Shown piece after piece: positions 53,720 through 64,000 of a stretch of DNA of 64,000 nucleotides; position 1 is the first letter of the stretch; every line of letters starts with the position of its first letter. The stretch comes from Octopus vulgaris (Eukaryota): assembly GCA_951406725.2 (NCBI GenBank), contig OX597825.1, positions 14,632,001-14,696,000 of the forward strand. Reading direction: 5' to 3'. The notes beneath the pieces were generated by a model. It made no database searches. It saw only the letters and a program-made list of their open reading frames with translations, and was not told the origin of the DNA. A program made the position numbers and the translations under genes.

Positions 53720-54589
53720 GTAATACAGTGTACATTTAAACACATAAGGAATTCACTCATAGGATTGAACACTCTAGAAAAAAACAGCTAGGTTCTATAA
53801 CCACAAAATTAGGGATAAAATTCGACAGGAACGAAATGAAAAAATAATAACATTTTACCATCTAATTTCCTGGACCGATTGGTTTCTGATTTTAGTTTAG
53901 CAAGTAAATAACTTTTACTCGAGAGGTGAAATCGTTTTCAACAGGTACACCTTAGATTAAATATATAAACACGAGGCGATCAAACTATGTGCCTCTTGTT
54001 AATACATTCTCATTTTTTTTCAAAATCTACTGTGTAGACGCTGTCCTTCGCCGGCCCAAAAAATGCCAACTTTACAAGTAGATGCCAACTTATAAACGTA
54101 GATGATGCTACACACCGTGTCATTTAAAACGGTACGACTATACAAATGTAAAAAGATGAAGCTAGATGTAATCTTTTGTACAGAAGAAATGTCGTTATGG
54201 TTTCACTTTCGAAATTGTACACCTGGAATCTGTATCAATATGTTGTGTTTAATACGAAAATAAAACAGTGTTTGCGCATAATGGTAGTTTCACAACAGCT
54301 GAAATGGTTTTTCATGTCACAGTGCTAAAAACGTGTATAATAGCTTATGTTTTATCGATTGGGGCAACTTCAATAAGGAACACAGCATATTTACTTCTAA
54401 CATATTTCGCTTTTAACACACACCACGAAACATTATTTTCTGAGTGCAATGCTGCTGCAAGAGGTGGAACCAATGCTCCTGCAAGAGGTGGAAGCAAAGG
54501 TCAGCAACTCTATGGTAGCCCCTTTCTGTCTCTATTTGAAGCTGGAGTTTTACAAAACTTGTAAATACGCAGTTTAAATGGTTTGTTTT

Positions 54590-54760
54590 GGCGCAGAGGT
54601 GGCTGTGTGGTAAGTAGCTTGCTTACCAACCACATGGTTCCATGTTCAGTCCCACTGCGTGGCATTTTTGGTGAGAGGCTTCTACTATAGCCTCGGGACG
54701 ACCAAAGCCTTGTGAGTGGATTTGGTAGACGGAAACTGAAAGAGGCCCGTCGTATATATG

Positions 54761-54799
<39 letters not shown>

Positions 54800-55062
54800 C
54801 TGCGTATATGTGTGTGTGTCTGCGTATATATGTGTGTGTGTCTGCGTATATATATTTGTGTGTCTGTGGTTGTCCCCCCAACATCACTTGACAACCGATG
54901 CTGGTGTGTTTACGTCCCCGTAACATAGCGGTTCGGCAAAAGAGATGACCGATAGAATAAGTACCAAGGCTTACAAAGAATAAGTCCTGGGGTCGATTTG
55001 CTCGACTAAAGGCGGTACTCCAGTATGGCCGCAGTCAGATGACTGAAGCAAGTAAAAGAGTA
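54590..55062 (+). mobile_element. SINE family A
   Basis: Matches 142-563. Confidence 0.92.
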
Positions 55063-57630
55063 TAAGTGAATGAAAACAGAATTTATTTTAGCTTTCATAA
55101 ACCTTATGTGGGAGCGACAATTGTGGAACGACAATTATGACAAATAATGAAAATAGTAGCATTATAGATATGTTAGTAATAGAATTTAGTATATAAAATT
55201 TAGTATATAGTATCTTCATAAGCATTATTCGGCTATAGTAACCCTCATATAGGATTATTCGAGTTTAGTTTTATTAATAATATATATGAACAATAAACAC
55301 ACCTTCCATTAACAGAAACCTAGTGAGAGCATTGGGGATTTCAATCCGCTTAATGTTCTCACGCTGCTTTGCAATTAACATACACTTCATATCTGATTAA
55401 GTTTTCAGCCTATTGCCGGCATAAAGATTGTCTTGATACTTGCCTAGATTTCAGAGCAGAATTCCAATACAATTAATTGAAATTATATATGACAATGCAG
55501 CTTGCGTTAATAGCAAACTATAATGTTCACAGGGAATAACTATTATTGGAGGTGTGTAGAATATTTGATTTGTCTACATTTCTTTTAACACGCAACGTAA
55601 TCAGCAGGCACCCCACCTGGGCAGATGAGGTATAATGAAACGAAATGATTGAGGAAGGAATAGTGTACAAAGAGAAACGTCCTTTCACTACACGTTTCTA
55701 TACTTATGCATTATGATTTCAACTCCTGAGACGTCTATGTCTGTCATAACAGTTGCAATAAAAATCCACCATTAAAACATAGATTTCAAACGTTCATCGT
55801 AGTGACGTACAAAGGTGCCCCTTTGTAATTTTGTGTGTGTGTGAGTTTCTGTTTGTTTCTGTGTGAGTGTGTGTATGAGATACAATTTTCTTGTGTATTC
55901 ATTGTGAACTTATTACTGAGCCCCGTATTTAGACTGTCGAAGTAAAAACAGTGCGGTAAATTGCATTTCGTCCGAAGTAATATCAATAGTATTATTCCTC
56001 TCGGTACTGGACGATAAAAAAGGTTCCTCAATCTTATAGACTTCCCAATAATTACAATAATGGTGGGCATTCTGATAGACATACTTTATACAGGTGCTGA
56101 TACTGTCAAACAAGACTGATCAACGAAGCTTTTCTCAGAGCTTTTCACCAGTTTTATCAGCATGGAAAGGTGTTGAACTACCACATGATATACGATATAT
56201 TAGAACTTATGTAAGTTTTCACGAAGCATTTAAGATTGTAGACATGTATATGCCTATCTTCCAAGAAAGTGTTTTCATTATATACTATTTCAGGAGACAA
56301 TTGAAGCAGTATTTCTTATGAATCTAGACGGCTTAACTATTTATCTAAAGGAATAACACAATTTAAATAAATGATTCTATTGTGCAATTATATTGAAAAA
56401 GCAGCATCGAACACAAAGCACAACCAATTTATTGCAGTAGAAGAAAAACAAACCCATCCGATGATCAATAAAACGCCGTTCAAAATACAAAGGATGATTG
56501 ACATACAAACACCTCTTGTGACAGATATTTTAATAAATTTGATATAACAATCATTCTACTATAACAAACCACTATTCCCGAATTGTTTATTATAGTTTCA
56601 TAAATAGCAAATCTTGTAGAAGTAGTTAATGGAAATGATTATTTGTCATCCACAAGCACATTATTAATTAACAAGGAGGTGAAAAGAAAAGTGATCATTG
56701 CTCGAGGTGGCGTAATTCAATGGGCTTTCGATTGACCACTCTCCTTGATGGAGTTTTCTTAGATCGAACTCAGCAGTGCGAAGTAAATGCATGCTGATTG
56801 TTACGATCGTATCAGTTGATAACATTACTGATCGTTATCGTAATCATCAGAAATATTGTCATTATTCTCAACAACTGTGTAAGAGAAAAGTACAATAGTC
56901 TAATAAGCTCAAATTGTAGACAAGAGATGTAACTTTGATTTACATTAACTCAATTCATTTGTAACTAAACAAGAAAATCATAGTGGGTGGGTAGAATTAA
57001 TTATGAATGTATGTACTATAACAAGAGCATAAGTACCGAATATCATATAATGCTGAATATATTTAGAGTCAGAGTTTTCCATAAGTCAATCTACACCACA
57101 TTGATGTTTACCCGATGTCATGAATAAAAAGACGATAATAAAAACAATAATTTTCCATAGTTACAGATAGTGTAATCCCTCCACCCTTTATGAATAACGA
57201 GAATTTTATCATACTAATAATTTAGACACGATCTATAATGATGCGTTCCTTCCTACAAATTGATTGATCATTTCCGTTACTTACTAAATGAATATCAATT
57301 TTTACTTACTCCAGATCGTATAAGCTCAGCTTGGACACTTGGCAGGTATTGGATTTGCTAACTGAAATAAGTGTTAAAACCTGCAGAAGTATATCCTTTT
57401 GATCATAAACACAGTTTTCCTTTTGTGTGTTTACTATTAGTAAACACCATTTCGACGAATGAAGAGCTATTAATGATTTCACTGAATACTTTATGCAAAC
57501 AACACAATAAACCACAACACCTGCCAATTTCGTAAGACCTTATTGCTTTGATGATAAAACAGTGTTATTCTTCACCGTATCCACTAGCCACTCATAGAAT
57601 CATGCCCAACCATCGCTTATGTTGCCTATG

Positions 57631-57664
<34 letters not shown>

Positions 57665-58555
57665 TTTTTGTGACATAGTGCATCTCGGGTAACATCAATT
57701 CACTGTGCAAAATGCAAGTTCCTTTGCTCAGAATCAGAGAGAAGGAGAGACAGACAGACAGACAGAGAGCGAAAGAGAGGGAGAGAGAGAAGTACAAAGA
57801 TGAGGAAAAAGGAGAGAATGATAATCCGAATCTACCATAAATTTCTATGTTGCCTATGACCTTTCTTTAACACATATATACACATGAATCATTCATCAAA
57901 TTATTCCATCCAGGTGGGATAACACAGAGATTTCATTTCACATAGGCTCGTCCCTTCATTATTCAAATATACTTCCAAGTACAAGCAACCGCTGTTATTT
58001 ATTTATGCTATCAGCTGTAGCGATGTTTTCAGAACGAAGAGATATGCATAAACCGTTATCGAGTTACAACCCAGAAATATTTCCATCCCAGCAAGAACCG
58101 TCGCATTACAGTTACTGTATATTGGTAAGAATACATATGAGTTTGAGTCCAGACAACCCTGTCATGTCGAGTATATTGGGAAATGAAGTATGACGAAATA
58201 TTTTCTGCGGGAGTAAATATTGGTTTCTCTTTGAATTAAGTAGTTGGCTATAGCTATATTTCAGTTAAACTTTGACATTAAACAGAAATCCTGCAAATGT
58301 TAAATTATTCACTCCTCACGGCAGTTGTACGTAGCGAACGCTTTTATAAACTATTCTATGAATTAATTAAATCCAGCGCACACCATCCTCGATTTACTCA
58401 GATTCCTGTTATTACCCGATCAAAATTCATTATTCGTACATTACTGAAACATTTTGTATTTTATTCGTTTCAAAGCAAATCGATAAATTAGACGCCTTTC
58501 CTCGTCTCCAACAAAGAGGCATTCACTGACACACATTAAAAGTAGTAATACAAAT

Positions 58556-58943
58556 GTGGAGGCGCAATGGCCCAGTGGTTAGGGTAGCGAACTCGCGGTC
58601 ATAGGATCGCGGTTTCGATTCCCAGACCTGGCGTTGTGAGTGTTTATTGAGCGAAAACACCTAAAGCCCCACGAGGCTCCGGCAGGGATGGTGGTGATCC
58701 CTGGTGTACTCTTTCACCACAACTTTCTCTCACTCTTACTTTCTGTTTCTGTTGTACATGTATTTCAAAGGGCCGGCCTTTTCACTCTCAGTGTCACGCT
58801 GAATATCCCCGAGAACTACGTTAAGGGGTACACGTGTCTGTGGAGTGCTCAGCCACTTACACGTTAATTTCACGAGCAGGCTGTTCCGTTGATTCGGATC
58901 AACCGGAACCCTCGTCGTCGTAACCGACGGAGTGCTTCCATCC
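58556..58943 (+). mobile_element. SINE family B, full length
   Basis: TSD AGTAATACAAAT at 58544-58555 and 58944-58955. Confidence 0.94.
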
Positions 58944-59427
58944 AGTAATACAAATTGAAAGAACATTGTGCTGACTGCATCTACACAAATGACCAGATGC
59001 CTCTCCTAACATTAAATATGTTATAGCTTCTTTGCATACTAACTAACTACATCATAAGAAAATACGAACGACCTGGTATGAGGTTATTGAAACAAATTTC
59101 ACTTTACAGTAGGACAAGCCCACATACGACCAGGCAACACCACAGTACAAACTACATAGAGTTTTAAATGTATTTATTTTGTTAAGCCCCTTTTTAAAAG
59201 CACTAAAACTTTTTTAAACGTAGGTTATATTTCAGAGTCAATCAGTACAAGTATTTTAGCTTCAACCAGACAGGAGCGTCGTATTGAAACACTATGAAGA
59301 TATAAATTGAAACAATTCTGTGTTCTGAAATCTTGCAGTTAGGCACGTAGAAATATAAACGTGAACTACTGAAAATATGTATAATGTTACATAACACCCA
59401 GTCTTGTACAACAAGGTTGGGTGAAAC

Positions 59428-59785
59428 CCAGTGTATTTTTTCACCACAACTTTCTCTCACTCTTTCTTCATGTTTCTGTTGTACCTGTATTTCAAAGGAC
59501 CAGCCTTGTCGCATTCTGTGTCACGTTGAATCTCCTCGATAACTATGTTAAGGGTACACGTGTCTGTGGAGTGATCAACCACTTGCATGTTAATAAATGA
59601 GCTGCGACTTCACTGGTTCCAAGCTGTATTGGCCTTTGCCTTTCCCTGTGATAACATCGGTGGCGTGGAGAGGAGAGGCTGATATGCCTGGGCGACTGCT
59701 GGTCTTCCATAAACAACCTTACCCAGACTTATGCCTCGGAGGGTAACTTTCTATGTGCAATTCCATGGTCATTCATGACCGAAAG
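59428..59785 (+). mobile_element. Chimeric SINE fragment: family-B body fused to family-D tail
   Basis: 59431-59594 matches family B; 59595-59783 matches the reverse complement of 3968-4155. Confidence 0.85.
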
Positions 59786-59806
59786 TCACAATATATATAT
59801 ATATAT

Positions 59807-60160
59807 ATATTCTGTTGTGTCTGGGGAGAGTCATTTTCTTTTTGTGCCTTATAATGTAACACACTCACCGGTAAAATTTCCACTTTTTTTCTTATTTTTA
59901 GTTTCCTAAAGTTTTCATTGCGTCTTGCAATCTTTTCAATGGTTTTGCAGCCTTTTAAATAATCTTGAGACTAGTGAAAAGGTTGCAAGACGCGCAACGA
60001 AAATTTTAGGAAAATATAAATAAGAAAAAAAGTGGAAATTTTACCGGTGAGTGTGATATATTATAGAACAAAAAGAAAACGACTCTCCCCAGACACAACG
60101 AATATGCCGCAACACATGAACTCACATAAAGAATCGCAAACCAAATCCCAAAACCAAATA
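59807..60160. mobile_element. TA-flanked fold-back element (about 286-bp palindrome at 59814-60099) with hammerhead-like motif
   Basis: GTTGTGTCTGGGGAGAGTC...ACTCACCGGTAAAATTTCCAC and GTGGAAATTTTACCGGTGAGT...GACTCTCCCCAGACACAAC. Internal GTGAAAA-GGTTGC-aagacgc-GCAAC-GAAA-ATTT-TA. Confidence 0.7.
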
Positions 60161-60834
60161 TATATATATACATGTATGTATACTGTATATGTATGTATTT
60201 ATGTATGTATGTATGTATGCATATAAATGACATGCTTTCACCCAGGTTCCATCTAAAAAATTCATTCATCACTATACGCAACTTCAGTAGAAGACACTTG
60301 CACAAATTACTACACAATGGGACGGAACCTGAAGCCGCGTTATTGTGAAAAGTGGTTCATAAACGCGCAACTAGTATGTGCAAGATTCGAAAATATAGGT
60401 CAGATCTTGTTGGTTTTACTAACTTATTATATAAGGAGACAGGTTTGTTATTTAACTCTAAGTGTTTTTGATGTTAAGTTAGTCGTAACTCTAAAATCAA
60501 TATACGATGTTACATTGTATGTTTAAATATAAACTTACGAGATATCATTATTGCATCACTTACGAAACACCACACCTTAGACATTTATGCAACTATGAAT
60601 GCATCGTGCACGTCAGAAATTTAGAGTTAAGTACTAAGTACTAAGTAGATTCTACAACTAACACACACACCAACACACGCATATAAATACACACACACTC
60701 GCGTACATCAACCGTACATGATAACATCTATGCTTGTGCATACAAGTAACTTTTTAAAGTAAGCAGATGTCAGAGAGTGAGGCAAAATATATGACTCCAA
60801 GGTAGAAAACTCTAGTTTAGAATACATAGATATT

Positions 60835-61220
60835 GATTTCAAACTTTGGCACAAGGCCTGCAAACCCCAGAGAGGCGGCAAGTCGATAAGGTCGACTCAC
60901 GTGCTCGACTGCTACTTTATCGGACTTGAAGGTATGAATGGTAGGCTCGACCTCGACGAAATTTGAACTCAGAACGTGAAGACGAACGATATGCAGCTAA
61001 GCGTTATATTCGGCGTGCTCACGATTCTGCCAGCTCGCAGCCTTAGAATGTGTAAGAATAGATTTCAAATTTTAGCACAGTTTAGATGTAGGGGATAAGC
61101 GGATTAGATCGACCCCAGTACTCCACTGGTATTTTTCTATCGACCACGAAATGACGAAAGAGAATGTCGGCTTCGGCGGTTTTTGAAATCAAATCGTAGA
61201 GAGACAAAATGCCGTTAAGT
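60835..61220 (-). mobile_element. Two adjacent diverged SINE family C copies
   Basis: GAAATTTGAACTCAGAACG..TTCTGCCAGCTCGCAGCC (to 61043), plus a second core GATCGACCCCAGTA..CTGGTA..TCGACC. Confidence 0.75.
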
Positions 61221-61569
61221 AAGAATGTGTAACGATTACAATGAATAAATAAAATACTAAGATTGATAAATCAAATATCATCTACCAAAAATATGGATGA
61301 GCTTAGAATGAAAATTTATGCGAATGAAAGTTATATCGATAGATAATAATCCGTTCTTATATATATATGGGAAATGAGAGATTTAAAGAAGAAAGGCAAG
61401 GCACGAAATTCGAAAGGATAGAATTTGAAAACCGAGTTATGGTATGTGAATGAAAGACGCGGGGGAGGAAAAAAGGAGTAAAATGGAAAGTGAAGAAAGA
61501 AGAAAGATAAAATGATGAAGCGAATACGTAAGAAGTTAATATTGAGTTTTATGATGGATAGGACGCTGG

Positions 61570-62160
61570 GAGAGGAAGAGAAAGAGAAGAAGATAAAGAA
61601 GACGATGAAGGAGAAGGAGAAGATGATGAAGAAGAAGGAGAAGGAGAAGATGATAATGAAGAAGACGGAGAAGGAGAAGAAGAAGAAGAAGAAGAAGAAG
61701 AAGAAGAAGAAGACGGAGAAGATGATGATGATGATGATGATGAAGACGGAGAAGATGAAGAGGACGATGAAGGAGAAGAAGATGATGATGGAGAAGACGT
61801 TGAAGGAGAAGGAGAAGAAGATGATGAAGAAGACGGAGAAGGAGAAGAAGATGATGAAGAAGACGGAGAAGGAGATGATGAAGAAGACGATGAAGAAGAA
61901 GAAGATGGTGAAGACGGAGAAGGAGAAGATGATGAAGGAGAAGAAGATGGTGAAGACGGAGAAGGAGAAGATGATGAAGAGGATGAAGGAGAAGATGATG
62001 ATGATGATGGTGATGAAGACGATGAAGGAGAAGAAGAAGACGATGGAAGGGAAGATGATGATGATGAAGTAGACGATGAAATAGAAGAAGAAGAAGATAA
62101 AGAAGAAGTAGAAAAAGACGAAGAAGAAGAACAACAACAATGACAACAGCAGCAAGAAGA
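61570..62160 (+). repeat. Complex purine-rich (GAA/GAT/GAC/GGA)n trinucleotide repeat
   Basis: Directly visible, with a recurrent higher-order unit GAAGACGGAGAAGGAGAAGATGAT. Confidence 0.93.
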
Positions 62161-62651
62161 AATGTGTATGGATGGTGTAGGAAAAGATAAAGACAGATGT
62201 GAAAGTCAGTAATTGAATATTAGTCTTGTATAGTGAATGGCATTGTTAAAGCTGGAGAAGAGATACTCGAAAGTCATAAATAACCGCCAGCGGTGATTAT
62301 AAGAACCCCTGCCAGGAGCTAAAGCAAAGTCGGTAGGTGGACAAAGTTAATTAAAAGACAAGAAAATCTGTTTGTATTGTATCAGTCACCAAGAACCAGC
62401 TTTGCTTTCTTTTGGTATTATTTAAGCAAGTTTATCTCACGTTTTTGTTTCCGAAGCAACGTTTGTAGTAACATCTTGGGATATTTCATTTAATTATTCA
62501 TTTGATTGCATTTTAATAATTATCTTTACTTAATCCTAAAGTTTTATACGAGGTCCACGTTATTTTCATAAATGAATTTATAGCTTCTTATTTTAGTTGC
62601 TGTAATAACGAATTGATTTATCACATAAGCAATTGCACATTTGGTAGGTAC

Positions 62652-62655
<4 letters not shown>

Positions 62656-62737
<82 letters not shown>
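62656..62737. repeat. (TA)n microsatellite
   Basis: Directly visible. Confidence 0.96.
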
Positions 62738-62743
<6 letters not shown>

Positions 62744-62971
62744 ATGAGGGTGAAAAATTGATATTAATTTTACCATTAATTTAACAAGTGGCTTAGCACA
62801 AAAAACTAGGGAGAAAATACAAATTTATACATAAATTATTAGAGAGTTACCACTATGTGGATAGCTCTATTGCTAAAAATAGCTCCGATAGTATAGCCAC
62901 AGAAAAGATGTTTCCAAGTAGAAATAACATTACATTTAACGGAAGGAAAGTGAAACATAACGAATAAATAG

Positions 62972-63006
<35 letters not shown>

Positions 63007-63139
63007 GGACATTTCATCCTTTCATCCTATGTAATTACCTTTGGAAATAATGTCTAATTATTGCAAAAATAAAACGAATTTTACTTCTTTTGATTTGGCA
63101 TTCACTTCTTAAACGTAATTATTTCCAGAGTGCCATCAG

Positions 63140-63900
63140 CAGGTCGACCTTGCTCGGATATTCTTAACCCACGCACGCTCTCCGTCTCGGGTCAACATTA
63201 GTTGGTGGATGCCTTCAGAGAAGCTTCTTGTATCTCTAGTAGCTTTATCTACATACGTTGTGGTCGGATATCTAGCTCGGGTACGGCCATTGATTGGCAT
63301 CCACTACAGTAGGTTACTTGCCAGCTTTTGGTTAGCTCGTCAACAATGACCCGCAAAGCGCAAGCGCTCTTCTCATATAGAGGTGGAAGAGGGTTTCTTG
63401 GTGGGATGAGCTCCCCATGTATGTTTGAGACTGTTCCTGATATTAGAGTGTAAGTTCTATTCTAGGTTGGATTCCAGTCTTTTGTTAAGTGTCCTGGCTG
63501 TTGCTCCATATAAATGGAGAAAACATTACTCTTAAGGTTGTCTGACAGGATTAATTTCCTAACAACATCCATGTTCTAAGGCCAACAATACTTTGACTGT
63601 CCAAGTTTTTGCAACCTATTCAGTTGTGTCTATCTCAGAACTAAAGTATGTGAAATCCTCAACACGATGGATGGGATATCAGCTGATGTCGGTGATGGAT
63701 CATTCTTGATTCCAATCAATGAATTTAATTTTACTAGGATTAACAAGTAGTCCGCCATTATATGGAGCTAATTCTAGGCTTTGAAGTAATTGGCTGGATT
63801 TTCAAGTTGTGTAAGAGAGCAAGGCTAAACCATCAGCATAGACTACATCCATTATGTTTTTGAACTGGATGACCATTTCACTAAGTATGAATCCAAATGT
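63140..63900 (-). pseudogene. RTE-like LINE reverse transcriptase 3' fragment
   Basis: Minus-strand DVVYADGLALL (YADD-like, 63829-63840), GLLVNPSKIKFI, VEDFTYF, LYGA, HPTK, RLRFAGHC and PTTTYVD, with many stops and frameshifts. Confidence 0.85.
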
Positions 63901-64000
63901 AATGTTATATAATAAGGAGAACAATTGTGAAGACCTCTGTGTGAACTATACAAGTCATCGTAATTTCACTATCGTTCCTCATATATTTACAGCAAGTTAG

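Noticed and set aside
54446-54495. 24-bp tandem duplication CAATGCT.CTGCAAGAGGTGGAA
   Set aside because: Only two copies; an ordinary slippage duplication with no further structure.

Overview
This is AT-rich, repeat-dense eukaryotic non-coding DNA (intron or intergenic). It is most likely from a coleoid cephalopod such as Octopus; that is inferred from the SINE types and the very dense (TA)n/(GATA)n/(TATG)n microsatellites, not from a database search. No intact host protein-coding gene is recognisable, and nearly all listed ORFs are microsatellite or SINE artefacts. The window holds about 25 copies of several modular tRNA-derived SINEs, a full-length but inactivated DD34D mariner (47173-48463) and an internally deleted second mariner. 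It also holds a Tigger-like MITE, Helitron fragments, and decayed R4/Dong-like and RTE-like LINE pieces. The most notable signal is a set of short, mostly (TA)n-adjacent, often fold-back repeats, each carrying a minimal type I hammerhead-ribozyme-like motif (about 5.45, 12.7, 13.9, 15.9, 32.2, 49.7 and 60.0 kb). These look like termini of several Penelope-like element families. Also notable are a SINE flanked by a 142-bp direct repeat, SINE module shuffling and tandem multimers, and a pre-miRNA-like hairpin at 56.8 kb.
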